Shown here: piece after piece, positions 16,312 to 25,799 of the stretch
Position numbering within the stretch: position 1 is the stretch's first letter
Layout: the number at the start of each line of letters is the position of its first letter
Virus record (IMG/VR): IMGVR_UViG_3300037119_001810
Span: 1-60,930 of that record
DNA length: 60,930 bases
DNA from: a virus
Lineage: Duplodnaviria; Caudoviricetes
Reading direction: 5' to 3' (one strand)
Program-made: the position numbers and the translations under genes
The notes under the pieces: model-generated
The model's input: the letters and a program-made list of their open reading frames with translations, nothing else
What the model was told of the DNA's origin: nothing
Database searches by the model: none

Positions 16312-18462
16312 ATGAAGGGCTTGAAGCAGATGGTCCAAGAGGCCGTCAAGCAGAGCACAGAGCAGGAGCAGGAGCAGGCTCCGGTGCAGGTCACCGACGA
16401 CGCACGCCGGGCGCTGTCCATGCAGATGCGGCAGTGGTCCGGCTGGGCCAACAGCGTCATCGAGTTCGGTGACCCGCGCAAGAAAGGAATGCCGTCGCCG
16501 TTCGCTGCGTGTGACCACCACAAGCGCAGGTTCCACGCCAACATCGACCGGCTGGTGCTGAACCCGAACCGGGTGCTGTTCACCGTCACCCCGTTCCGGC
16601 TGAGGCAGGAGGCGGTGCTGACCGGCGCGCTGCTGCACGAGGCGGGCCACGCCCGGTACTCGCACTGGCAGCCGAGCAGGTACGGCAACCCCGACGTGCT
16701 GCTGCACAACGACGGCGAGCCCGCCACCGCGCAGTGCGTGGCGCTCGCCCGGCTGATGGAGGAGCCCCGGATCGAGGGGCTGATGACCCGTGACGCCGAG
16801 AGGATCGGTGCCGGGTCGCTCGACTGGACCATGCGGGCCAGCGCTGCGCACCTCGCACCGATGACCACGCTGGCGACTGACCCCGGCCAGCGGATCATGG
16901 ACCTCATCACCTCGTGGGCGCTGAGGGCTGGTCGGCAGTACGCCATCCAGCACTGGGACAGCGACCACAGGACACGCAACTGGGTGTCCGACTTCACCTC
17001 GCTGCTGACCATGAGCATCGAGGCGCACCTGACCGACCTCGAAGCCAAGGGTGCGGACACGAAGCCGAACATGCACGCTCGGTTGATCGTGACGGGTCTG
17101 ATCGGGATGACCAGCATCGAGGACAACACCGGGTCGCTGATGATCGACAACGCTCGTGCGATCCTCGACCTGCTGTTTCCAGAAACCGACGAGGACGACG
17201 AGGACGGCAAGCCCGAGCCGATGCCCGGCGGGGACTGCGCCGAGCAGGAGCCCGAGGAGCAGGAGGACAGCGAGCCCGAGCAGGGTGAGGCTGAGCCCGA
17301 GAAGTCCGAGGACGAGCAGGCCGACGAGGCTGAGCAGTCTGATGAGGGTGAGCCCGGCGACGATGAGGCTGAGGCTGACGAGGGTGAGCCCGGCGAGTCT
17401 GAGGGTGAGGACGGTGAGTCCGACGAGGGCGAGCCGTCCGAGGATGACGCCGAGGGTGAGGGCAAGGGCGAGGGTGAGGGTGACCCTGAGTCCGAGGGTG
17501 AGGGCGAGGGTGAGGGTGCTACGTCTAGCACTGGCGAGCCCGACGACGAACTCTCCGAGGCGCTGCGCCAGATGGAGGAGGCAGCCAAGGACGAGTCCGC
17601 CGAGGAGGCGGGCGAGGAGGCCGAGGAGTCCGAGGTTTCCGGAAACGGGGCGGGCTCCGGCGGTGGCGGCGGTGGTCAGGGCGGCTACCGCAACCCGACC
17701 AAGGAGGAGCGTGACATCCAGAAGGGTGCCGAGCGATTCCTGCGGGACATGATCGCACCGAGCGAGTCGTCCATCGTGACGCTCACTGACACCCCGTCCT
17801 CGACGGTCAACGGTGCGGCGCTGTCGGCGTGGAAGGCAGGCGGGCAGGTCAAGGCTCCGCACTTCTTCGAGCGTACCCGCCGTGAGGTCGAGCCCTCCCC
17901 GCCGGTCAAGGTGGCGATCCTCGTGGACGTGTCGTCCTCGATGGGCTCACTGCAGAAGCCGAGTTCGGTCCTGTCGTGGGCACTGGCAGCGGCGGCGCTG
18001 GACCTGCGGAACTTCGCCGGTCGCGGCCAGCAGATCGAGTCGTGCATGATCCACTGGGGCAGCAGGTCCGAGGTGATCCAGCGCAACGGGCAGATGATGC
18101 CGGGGATCAAGGAGTTCGCCTGCGATCAGGGCACCTCCGACATGCACGGTGCGATGGCGCTGGTGGAGGAGCAGATGCCGGGGTTCTTCGATGTCTCCGA
18201 GACTCCGGTCAACCGGCTGCTCGTGCAGTTCACCGACTGGGAACTGTTCGGTCGCCAGCAGGTCACGCCGTGGATCGAGCGGGCGCTGGGTGTGGGGGTC
18301 AACATGCTGACCGTGGCCCCGAGGGACTACTCCCCCCGCCGCTCCGACCTCGAACAGATCCTGTCCGATGTCAAGGTGCAGCGGGGCACGTCGAGCCTGC
18401 TGAGGTACGACGAGGCGAAGCCGGATCAGGTGTGGCAGCACGCGGCGGAGGTGCTGTCGTGA
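16312..18462 (+). CDS. Metallopeptidase-like (HExxH) / acidic linker / VWA-domain protein (CobT-like partner of MoxR)
   Basis: LLHEAGHARYS, MEEPRIE, long Glu/Gly/Asp linker, MIDAS ILVDVSSSM...GT...FTD. Confidence 0.85.
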   Translation: MKGLKQMVQEAVKQSTEQEQEQAPVQVTDDARRALSMQMRQWSGWANSVIEFGDPRKKGMPSPFAACDHHKRRFHANIDRLVLNPNRVLFTVTPFRLRQEAVLTGALLHEAGHARYSHWQPSRYGNPDVLLHNDGEPATAQCVALARLMEEPRIEGLMTRDAERIGAGSLDWTMRASAAHLAPMTTLATDPGQRIMDLITSWALRAGRQYAIQHWDSDHRTRNWVSDFTSLLTMSIEAHLTDLEAKGADTKPNMHARLIVTGLIGMTSIEDNTGSLMIDNARAILDLLFPETDEDDEDGKPEPMPGGDCAEQEPEEQEDSEPEQGEAEPEKSEDEQADEAEQSDEGEPGDDEAEADEGEPGESEGEDGESDEGEPSEDDAEGEGKGEGEGDPESEGEGEGEGATSSTGEPDDELSEALRQMEEAAKDESAEEAGEEAEESEVSGNGAGSGGGGGGQGGYRNPTKEERDIQKGAERFLRDMIAPSESSIVTLTDTPSSTVNGAALSAWKAGGQVKAPHFFERTRREVEPSPPVKVAILVDVSSSMGSLQKPSSVLSWALAAAALDLRNFAGRGQQIESCMIHWGSRSEVIQRNGQMMPGIKEFACDQGTSDMHGAMALVEEQMPGFFDVSETPVNRLLVQFTDWELFGRQQVTPWIERALGVGVNMLTVAPRDYSPRRSDLEQILSDVKVQRGTSSLLRYDEAKPDQVWQHAAEVLS

Positions 18463-18746
18463 GCAGGGTTTCCAGAAACGACACACCTACTAGGGAGCCC
18501 CGCCCGCTCACCAAGAGCGGGTGGGGGGTGCTGCTCCGTGCGGTGAGCGCTGACATCAAGGCAGCCGAGATGCTGTACGCCTCCGCTGACCTGCTCACCA
18601 AGGGGCGCAACGCTACCGACCGCGCCTACAACCGAGCCGTGGTGGACCTGACCACCCGGCTGCTCGACCTGCCAACCGACCCCGAGGTGATGGAGCACGT
18701 GCTCCGGAACCTGCCTGACTACGACGCACCGAAAGAGAGCAAGTGA
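18459..18746 (+). CDS. Hypothetical protein
   Basis: GTGA overlap, 95 aa. Confidence 0.6.
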   Translation: MSRVSRNDTPTREPRPLTKSGWGVLLRAVSADIKAAEMLYASADLLTKGRNATDRAYNRAVVDLTTRLLDLPTDPEVMEHVLRNLPDYDAPKESK

Positions 18747-19003
18747 TGCATACCCGACTGATCCCCCTGACCGACGACCGAGGTCGACTGATGCTGGCGG
18801 AGGACCCGAAGAACGAGCCCTCGCACGGCAGCGTGGTGCTGACCAACGGAGAGTACGGCACCGCGTGGCAGCGGTTCTTCTCCGATGGCCGGTGGCACCG
18901 TGTCGGCACCGGCAAGGGCCGTTCGTGGGAGCAGATGCTGGCCGAGCGCAACCTCGTGCTGGTCTACGAGGCACCCATTCGTGAGGGAGGCGAGTCCCGA
19001 TGA
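18746..19003 (+). CDS. Hypothetical protein
   Basis: Coupled ORF; EPSHGSVVL...GTAWQR pattern. Confidence 0.6.
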   Translation: MHTRLIPLTDDRGRLMLAEDPKNEPSHGSVVLTNGEYGTAWQRFFSDGRWHRVGTGKGRSWEQMLAERNLVLVYEAPIREGGESR

Positions 19004-19335
19004 CCTGTCGCAACTGCGGGAGTACGAACTCCACGTGGGAACTCCACACCACTCGTGACTCGCGGGCGATCACGGCTGTTCGCGGCTGCGTCGACTGCTC
19101 GGAGACGCTGGAACAGTGCAGCGCTGACGCATGGCTGCACGGGTTGCTCTCCACTCGTATCGAGGCAGGCGTGACGCAGGCCGTCATTGACCTGTGGAAC
19201 CGGAACAACGGGTGGATTCCCGGCATGGCGTTCCGCGAACTGGCCGAGGCACTGGGCGTGGACCCGGACCGGCTCGTCCACTACGACATCGACAAGGGTG
19301 AACGGCACTACCCCGAGGGAGTGAGCAAGCGATGA
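19000..19335 (+). CDS. Zn-ribbon hypothetical protein
   Basis: CRNCGS...GCVDCSET; GAGGGAGG RBS. Confidence 0.6.
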   Translation: MTCRNCGSTNSTWELHTTRDSRAITAVRGCVDCSETLEQCSADAWLHGLLSTRIEAGVTQAVIDLWNRNNGWIPGMAFRELAEALGVDPDRLVHYDIDKGERHYPEGVSKR

Positions 19336-20075
19336 GCGTTTCCAGAAACGACGTAGAGTTCGCCAAGCAGATCGAGGAACTGCAGGCGATGAGCGACGAG
19401 CCGCTGCACCCGGACCTGCAGCCGTGGGTGGAGGATGGGCAGTGGGGTCCGATGCTCCGGCACCCGCTGGTCTACTCCGTCCCGCTGACACTGCCGGGCT
19501 ACGCCAACCGGACCTACCTCTACAAGCAGAAGGCCAAGGCAAGGGCCATCGAGGAGGAGGACTGGCACAACCTCGTGTTCCTCCACGAGAGACCGTACCG
19601 GCTGGACGCCCTGCTGTCTGTGGTCGGGACCACCGAGAGCGGTGATCCAATCCCGCTGGCCTCAGTGCCCGAGCACTGGGCGCTGGCTGCCGATGTCTGG
19701 GTGGACAGCGAGAACATCCAGCAGAACATCGAGCAGTGGCGGGCGCTGTTCTGCAACGGGGCGGGCGGGCTGTGGCTGGGCGAGCCCGACGAGCGCGCTG
19801 CGTTCGAGGCCCTGCCCGAGGCAGGAGCCGAGGGGTCTGGCCTGATCCGTGCATGGCGCGGTGGTGCGGTGGGTGACTGGTCGTGGACCACCGACCGTAA
19901 GACGGCTGAGTTCTTCTCCCGTCGCTCCGGCCTGCCTGTCCGTGGTCACCTCATCCCGAGGTCCGACGTGTTCGGGTACCTCACCCGTCGTAGCGAGGCC
20001 GAGTTGCTGGTGAAGTTCACCGAGTTCCGCCGGTCGCTGGTCTACCCGGTTTCTGGAAACCCCGATGACGAGTGA
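19332..20075 (+). CDS. Putative ADP-ribosyltransferase-fold protein (R-S-E type)
   Basis: AWRGG, WSWTTDRKTAEFF and RSEAELLV occur in canonical order. Confidence 0.5.
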   Translation: MSVSRNDVEFAKQIEELQAMSDEPLHPDLQPWVEDGQWGPMLRHPLVYSVPLTLPGYANRTYLYKQKAKARAIEEEDWHNLVFLHERPYRLDALLSVVGTTESGDPIPLASVPEHWALAADVWVDSENIQQNIEQWRALFCNGAGGLWLGEPDERAAFEALPEAGAEGSGLIRAWRGGAVGDWSWTTDRKTAEFFSRRSGLPVRGHLIPRSDVFGYLTRRSEAELLVKFTEFRRSLVYPVSGNPDDE

Positions 20076-20334
20076 GAGCCGCGAGTTCATCATCGGGCTC
20101 CTGCTCTGGGCGCTGATCTTCTACCCGGTGTGGTCACCCCGCTGCCGCAGGCTACGGCGGGAGGCACGCTGGGCCGAGGCCACCGCACAGGTGGTGGCGC
20201 AGGCCGAGGCTGTGACCCGACGGGCAGCAGCCAGCGGGCAGGGCGGCAGGCTGGGCAGAGAGACAGGACCGAACTGGGAACAGGACAAGCCTTTCCCTGA
20301 GTGCTTCGACCAAGAGATAGAGGATGATCTGTAA
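20065..20334 (+). CDS. Membrane-anchored hypothetical protein
   Basis: N-terminal hydrophobic helix. Confidence 0.5.
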   Translation: MTSESREFIIGLLLWALIFYPVWSPRCRRLRREARWAEATAQVVAQAEAVTRRAAASGQGGRLGRETGPNWEQDKPFPECFDQEIEDDL

Positions 20335-20486
20335 TGGCAACACCACAGGAGTACGTGCAGTCAGTCTTGTCCAGTCTCGCGCTGGTGCAGGACGCGAGTG
20401 AGGAACTACTCGCCACCGAGGGGGTGGTCGAGATTCTGAAAGACATGGACGCTCTCGCCACCGATCTGTATGAGGTGCTGGGCTGA
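20334..20486 (+). CDS. 50-aa acidic hypothetical protein
   Basis: TAATG and TGATG coupling at both ends. Confidence 0.55.
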   Translation: MATPQEYVQSVLSSLALVQDASEELLATEGVVEILKDMDALATDLYEVLG

Positions 20487-20842
20487 TGAGCGGGAAGGAA
20501 GGACCCCCGTACAGGTACCCGAGGCTGGCGTTCGTGGCGTACTGCCTGCAGCGGTGGACGGTGGACCTCGTGGTCGACCTGTTCCGGCTGGTGTTTCCGG
20601 AAACCCTGACCTACACGGTGCAGTTGCACCGGCTCGTGAGGGTGGGCGAGTGGCCTGAGAGCGACAAGTGGAAGATCGCCAACTCGTGGGAGCCGATCAA
20701 GGTTCGCGGACTGCGAGCAGCACGGACGAAGGCCCACGAACTGCGGCAGACCAACCGCTGGGCCACGCTGAACGACCGGCCCTACGTCACGATCACTAAC
20801 CCGCACGGCATAACCGTCTCCAACTGGGAGGTGCTGGGCTGA
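20486..20842 (+). CDS. Hypothetical protein
   Basis: Coupled ORF, 118 aa. Confidence 0.55.
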   Translation: MSGKEGPPYRYPRLAFVAYCLQRWTVDLVVDLFRLVFPETLTYTVQLHRLVRVGEWPESDKWKIANSWEPIKVRGLRAARTKAHELRQTNRWATLNDRPYVTITNPHGITVSNWEVLG

Positions 20843-21252
20843 TGGCTAAGGAAGGACCCGAGACCAAACTCATCAAGCGGATGCGCGATGCAGCCAACGA
20901 CCTGTACGGCTCCCGGCTGGTGACCATCAAACACCACGGTGGGCTGGGCAGCGAGGTCGGTGTGAGCGACCTGCTGTGCGTGCTCGACGGGGTGTTCGTG
21001 GCGTGCGAGGTCAAGGCCCCCGAGTCCTACCCCGTGAAGGGCAAGCCGAGCGTCGAGAAGGCGCTGGCCGAGGGACCGACGGTCAAGCAGCGGCTGTTCG
21101 TCAAGCGTGTCCGTGAGGCAGGCGGGGTGGCCGGGTTCGCGGCTGACGTGGCTGGGTTCCTCGCCCTGCTGGAACAGGTGCAGCGACGGGTCATGTCCAT
21201 CGAGGACACCATCCGAGAGATGAAGGACTACGGACCAGAGGGGTGCCTGTGA
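20842..21252 (+). CDS. VRR-NUC (PD-(D/E)XK) nuclease / resolvase
   Basis: GVSDLLCVLDGVFVACEVKAP...KQRLF.....AGG. Confidence 0.85.
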   Translation: MAKEGPETKLIKRMRDAANDLYGSRLVTIKHHGGLGSEVGVSDLLCVLDGVFVACEVKAPESYPVKGKPSVEKALAEGPTVKQRLFVKRVREAGGVAGFAADVAGFLALLEQVQRRVMSIEDTIREMKDYGPEGCL

Positions 21253-21818
21253 TGTACGCAGTTTCCAGAGGCTTGAAGCCCCGCGTCATCCGTCGGGTGG
21301 TCCAAGTGGCGAAGGACGGACGGGCGAAGGTGGCCCGTGATCGTCGGACCCTCATCACCATCGAGCGGATCAAGGCGAGGACGGCCAAGTCCTGTGCCTA
21401 CCACATGTGCCCCTACTACGAGGCGTCTGAGGCTGACACTCACCCAAGGGGCGGGGTCGGGGTGATCGCTCCCGGCACCGAGTACGCCCTGTTCAAGAGC
21501 GCCTACACAGTGAGGCGGATGGGCGGGCGTACGTTCCCCGAGCAGAGGACGTACCACTTCGACTGCCTGCCTCTCGACGCTCGGCCACTGGTCCGATTCT
21601 TCTTCCCTCGTGGGCTGTGGAAGATGCGTCTGGTCCACGGCGAGGCGGAGGAGGTCGAGCGGACGTTCACCTCCGTCGAGGCGTGGGAGGTATGGCTCTC
21701 CAAACAGCACCCGGTGCTGATGCGCAAGGACGTGTTCCACCTCGACCAGCCCGGCTCGAAACAGCGAGGCACCAACCTCTACTACGCCATGCTGAGCAGG
21801 GTTTCCAGAAACCAATAG
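21252..21818 (+). CDS. Hypothetical protein
   Basis: TGATG coupling; CAYHMC...HFDC pattern. Confidence 0.55.
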   Translation: MYAVSRGLKPRVIRRVVQVAKDGRAKVARDRRTLITIERIKARTAKSCAYHMCPYYEASEADTHPRGGVGVIAPGTEYALFKSAYTVRRMGGRTFPEQRTYHFDCLPLDARPLVRFFFPRGLWKMRLVHGEAEEVERTFTSVEAWEVWLSKQHPVLMRKDVFHLDQPGSKQRGTNLYYAMLSRVSRNQ

Positions 21819-21859
21819 TGTGATACGCTATGCGTATCCAACAGAGAGTGAGAAAGCGC

Positions 21860-22021
21860 ATGTATGACGAACTGAGGGACTTGGCGGGCATGAACAACGC
21901 CGCCCTGAAATCCGTGTGCCGAGACTGGGGTATCTCGGGCTACTCGAAGATGAACCGCGAGGCGTTGAAGCAGGCGATCCTGAACCACCCGAACAACAAG
22001 GGAGAGAACCCAAATGGGTAA
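21860..22021 (+). CDS. Stand-alone Rho N-terminal (HeH-like) domain protein
   Basis: LAGMNNAALKSVCRDWGISGYSKMNREALKQAI matches the Rho_N pattern; has its own promoter. Confidence 0.65.
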   Translation: MYDELRDLAGMNNAALKSVCRDWGISGYSKMNREALKQAILNHPNNKGENPNG

Positions 22022-23972
22022 GACCAACAACACCGGCCTGATGGCTGGTGCGCCGCCCACTTCACCGGGTGGCATGAGCCAGAAGGCGCTGCTCGCTGAA
22101 CTGGTCGAGAAGCACGGGTGGACCAAGGCGCAGGCCAAGCCGTTCTCCCCGCTCAACATGTGGGCTGACCTCATCGACGCTGTGGTTGTGGAGCGCAGGC
22201 ACCGCGAAGCCGAGGCTGAGCAGGATCACGGCGAGCCCGACGGTACCGGCATCGAGGTGACCGACTCGTTCGGCACCCGTGAGGTCGAGTACGAGATGGA
22301 CCCGGTGGCTGCCGCTGAGCAGGAGGCCGATGATCTGGACGACCTGCTCGCTGAGTTCGAGTTGCCTCACACGCTGAACCCGAACGATGACCTGCTCACG
22401 TCCTGCGGCAAGCACGACCTCCCGAACTGCGCCGAGTGCACTGAGCCCGCCGTGTTCGAGACGGTGGGCGCAGCGATGTTCGACGCTGCCACCGGCACCA
22501 TCGAGGACATCGACCCCGAGGCGCTGATGGCCGAACTGGCACAGACCCGGCACGAGGAGCACGAGCACGCCATGCAGCACGGGCTGCTCATCAAGGACCC
22601 GCACACGCTGGACTACGTGTTCAACGGTCACGCCGGAGCCGGGCCGAGTGCATCGGAGCGTTGGCTTTCCTGCACCGCGTCGCTGGGGGCGAGCCGGGAG
22701 TTTCTGGAAACCCTCACGCCCAACCAGCAGGAGACCTTCGCCCGGTCCAACGAGGCGGCACGTCAGGGCACCACGGCCCACGCTGCGGCTGAGGTCGAGG
22801 CCCGCGTGATCCTCGGAGAGGTGACGCAGGAGGAGGCCGACCTGACCATGCTCGAACTGGCTGTGCTGCCCGACTCCGACGGCGAGGCGTACGACGAGGA
22901 GATGGGCGAGTACATCACCGAGTACGTCGACCTCGTGAAGTCCTACGTCCAAGACCGGGGCAGCGAGAACGTGCTGATCGAGGCCCGCGTCGTGGCTGCT
23001 GTCCCGCTCACCGACCTGCACGAGGGTGAGGTGTACGAGATTCCCGGCTCGGTGGACTGCGGCGTGCTGCCCACCCCCGAGGACCCGGTGCTGGTGTCGG
23101 CTGACTTGAAGTACGGCAACGGCATCTGGGTGGACGTGGACGAGAACAGCCAAGCGCGCATCTACGCGCTCGGGATGCTCGCCCTGATGGTCGACCCCGA
23201 GACCGGACGGCTGCCCGAGTGGCTGGTCGACGTGACCTACCACATCATCCAGCCCCGGATGGACGGGATCAAGACCCGCACCGAGAGCGTTGACGACCTG
23301 CTCGACTGGCGCGACCAAGTGCTGGCCCCGGCCCTGACGGCTGCGCTGTACGGCGTAGGGGAGGGCGCAGAGTTCAAGCCCTCCGAGGGTGCCTGCCAGT
23401 TCTGCCCGGCCCGTGGTGGCTGTGCTGCGCTGGCGGAGGAACGGGTCATCAGTGCGGCCAGCCTGTTCGACACGGTGGTCGAGGCCGAGTTCGCTGACGG
23501 ACCGGGAGCGTTTCCGGAAACCACCAGCCTGACCGACACCCGGCTGGGTGAACTGCTCGCCCAGATCAGCGGGCTCATCGACATCCACAAGGACTTGAAG
23601 GCCGAGGCCGAGCGCCGCCTGTACCGGGGCGACTCAGTGCCGGGGTTCCAACTGGTCAACTACACCCCACCCCGCAAGTGGAAGCCCGGCGCTGATGAGC
23701 AACTGGACAACGCACCTGTCTGGACACGCAAACTCATCACCCCGACGCAGGCCGTGAAGTTGGCCGAGGTGGAGAAGTGGGACGAGGAGGAGAAGAAGAT
23801 TCTCACCGACCTGATCGACACCCCGGACAAGCGGCCCGTCGTCGCCAAGGAAGGTGACCGGCGCAAGCCATGGACCGGGCGTCCGCCCGAGGCCATGTTC
23901 GAGGATGAATCAGAGAGCGGAGAGCCGTGCAAGGTATGCCTCCGTTCAGACTGTCAGGGAGGGTGTATCTGA
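22014..23972 (+). CDS. DUF2800 / Cas4-like exonuclease with ~200-aa N-terminal extension
   Basis: PSASERWLSC, GTTAH, GSVD, DLKYGNG, YALG, HIIQPR, CQFCPARGGC. Confidence 0.85.
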   Translation: MGKTNNTGLMAGAPPTSPGGMSQKALLAELVEKHGWTKAQAKPFSPLNMWADLIDAVVVERRHREAEAEQDHGEPDGTGIEVTDSFGTREVEYEMDPVAAAEQEADDLDDLLAEFELPHTLNPNDDLLTSCGKHDLPNCAECTEPAVFETVGAAMFDAATGTIEDIDPEALMAELAQTRHEEHEHAMQHGLLIKDPHTLDYVFNGHAGAGPSASERWLSCTASLGASREFLETLTPNQQETFARSNEAARQGTTAHAAAEVEARVILGEVTQEEADLTMLELAVLPDSDGEAYDEEMGEYITEYVDLVKSYVQDRGSENVLIEARVVAAVPLTDLHEGEVYEIPGSVDCGVLPTPEDPVLVSADLKYGNGIWVDVDENSQARIYALGMLALMVDPETGRLPEWLVDVTYHIIQPRMDGIKTRTESVDDLLDWRDQVLAPALTAALYGVGEGAEFKPSEGACQFCPARGGCAALAEERVISAASLFDTVVEAEFADGPGAFPETTSLTDTRLGELLAQISGLIDIHKDLKAEAERRLYRGDSVPGFQLVNYTPPRKWKPGADEQLDNAPVWTRKLITPTQAVKLAEVEKWDEEEKKILTDLIDTPDKRPVVAKEGDRRKPWTGRPPEAMFEDESESGEPCKVCLRSDCQGGCI

Positions 23973-24322
23973 TGAGCATGAGGGACAGGTCCGAGGGTGC
24001 GATGACCGCACTGGTCGAGGCCGTGGCCGAGAAGATCATCGGTGCCGAGGCGTGGCAGGCGATGGGTCTGGCGATGCGCTACGAGTTCAAGAACTCCGTG
24101 CTGCCCGTCATCACCGCGCTGGTCGAGGTGCTGGACTCCGAACCGCACCGCGCCAAGCGAGGCAGCGATGTCGAGGCGTGGATCAAGGCTGCCCGTGACC
24201 TGCACGACGAGCGTGTGTACGGGCCGTACGAAGCGCTCAACGATCTGCTCGATGACTACCGGCTGCACGCCGACACGGGCACTGCGCTGAACGAGGAGGT
24301 TCCTGATGGACCCCAAGGATGA
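23972..24322 (+). CDS. Hypothetical protein
   Basis: Coupled ORF with GGGAGG RBS. Confidence 0.6.
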   Translation: MSMRDRSEGAMTALVEAVAEKIIGAEAWQAMGLAMRYEFKNSVLPVITALVEVLDSEPHRAKRGSDVEAWIKAARDLHDERVYGPYEALNDLLDDYRLHADTGTALNEEVPDGPQG

Positions 24323-24593
24323 CGCAGAGTTCAAGGACATCGGCTACCTCAGCGAGCCGATCACCGTGGAGTTCACGCTGGCCGAGGTGGACCCCGAGGT
24401 GCTGGCCCTGCTGACCGGCGTCCGCCCAGACGGTGAGCGCCCGGTCCACCAGAGCATGGAGGTGTGGGGCGAGCACAAGCGCAAGTGGTGGGAGTGGCTG
24501 CTCCGTCGGCCCCGACGCAGGTACCACTACTACCTGCCGAACGTGAAGATCGAACCAACAGGTTTCCAGAAACCAGATAGCGAGAGTGAGTGA
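24306..24593 (+). CDS. Hypothetical protein
   Basis: GAGGAGG RBS, 95 aa. Confidence 0.6.
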   Translation: MDPKDDAEFKDIGYLSEPITVEFTLAEVDPEVLALLTGVRPDGERPVHQSMEVWGEHKRKWWEWLLRRPRRRYHYYLPNVKIEPTGFQKPDSESE

Positions 24594-24876
24594 CATGCAG
24601 GCATTCAGCACCACGACAGGCAAGACCTACGACTCGTGGGAGGAACTGGTCGAGGCCGAGGCCAACGGCTGGTTGTGCATCGCCCTCATCACGGGAGCGC
24701 ACAAGCAGAAGGGCAAGACGTGGCCCTTCGTGGAGGGTCCGTACCCCACCAAGCGGGAGGCCGAGAACGCGAGGTCTCGGATGCGTACCCTGTTCAAGCG
24801 CGAGGCCGAGCACTACCCCGGCCAGACTTACCAGTTCTTCGTGCGCCCCGCGTGGAAGGCCGGGCGGCAGCGATGA
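24586..24876 (+). CDS. Hypothetical protein
   Basis: Overlapping ORF, 96 aa. Confidence 0.6.
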   Translation: MSDMQAFSTTTGKTYDSWEELVEAEANGWLCIALITGAHKQKGKTWPFVEGPYPTKREAENARSRMRTLFKREAEHYPGQTYQFFVRPAWKAGRQR

Positions 24877-25211
24877 GGACACCGATGATGTCCGGGTACT
24901 GCGCGTTCCCGGCTTCCGAGCGCTCCGTCAAGGGCGTCGTCCACGAGGTCGGCCCGAGCCACAGCCACGACCGCTGCGCCACGCTGGGTGCGGGCAGCAT
25001 GGCGAACCCCGACAAGGAGTTCTCCCCCTGCCCGTGCGGGTGCCACCTCGGGACCGACGAGTACGAGTGCGGCAACTGCGGCAGACCGTTGAGGGAGGCC
25101 CCTCGGTGGCCCAACGACTTCGCCAACGGGGACGAGGACGCGGACCCCGACGAGATGGTCTACGTCCACATCGACCCGGCCACTGGCCGGGCCATCGGAG
25201 AGGAGTGCTGA
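24873..25211 (+). CDS. Cys/His-rich hypothetical protein
   Basis: ATGA overlap; SGYC, HDRC, CPCGCH, CGNCG. Confidence 0.6.
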   Translation: MRTPMMSGYCAFPASERSVKGVVHEVGPSHSHDRCATLGAGSMANPDKEFSPCPCGCHLGTDEYECGNCGRPLREAPRWPNDFANGDEDADPDEMVYVHIDPATGRAIGEEC

Positions 25212-25212
25212 C

Positions 25213-25482
25213 ATGGCCGCACCGACACAAGGCCCGAGCCCGGAGAGGCTGATCGAGCAGACGTTGGAGAGCGTGCTCATCCGAATGAACAAACTCGAAG
25301 ATGAGAGGCGCGAGCATGAACGATCGGTGACCCGTCTCCGTAACTCCATAGAGGGTGTGGAGGCCGAGGCCAACCGGCTGCAGCGTGCGCTGCTCACCCT
25401 GCAAGGGATGAGGTCCGAGCCCTCCGATGCACAGAAGGCCAACTCGAAGATGCGGCAGGAACTGCGGCAGGCGCGACGATGA
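25213..25482 (+). CDS. Coiled-coil hypothetical protein
   Basis: GAGGAG RBS; heptad pattern. Confidence 0.55.
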   Translation: MAAPTQGPSPERLIEQTLESVLIRMNKLEDERREHERSVTRLRNSIEGVEAEANRLQRALLTLQGMRSEPSDAQKANSKMRQELRQARR

Positions 25483-25799
25483 GAACCGGGTCTCGGGACG
25501 GTAGACTGGGACTCGTGCATCCGGGCCACCGAAACACCATCCGCCTCGACAAGCGAGGCCGTCGCATCGGTCGCAACTGGTGGCGGGAGATGAACGTCGA
25601 GACCCTGCACTGCGCCGAGGCCGCATGGCAGGCGCTCCGTGAGTCAGACCAGACCGCGCACGGTGTGGCTGGCACGGCCCATGCACATGTTGCGATGTAC
25701 CAACTCTCGGACCGCGAGTTCGTTGAACTCCACCCGAGGCCAACCCTCAAAGCGCTGCTCGTCGGCAACGCCGGGATGCACCAGTCCAGAGCCGCGTAG
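25479..25799 (+). CDS. Hypothetical protein
   Basis: ATGA overlap, 106 aa. Confidence 0.5.
   Translation: MRTGSRDGRLGLVHPGHRNTIRLDKRGRRIGRNWWREMNVETLHCAEAAWQALRESDQTAHGVAGTAHAHVAMYQLSDREFVELHPRPTLKALLVGNAGMHQSRAA

Noticed and set aside
22014-23972. Cas4 as evidence of a CRISPR system
   Set aside because: It is the DUF2800-type exonuclease normally found with DUF2815 SSB and PolA in phage replication modules.
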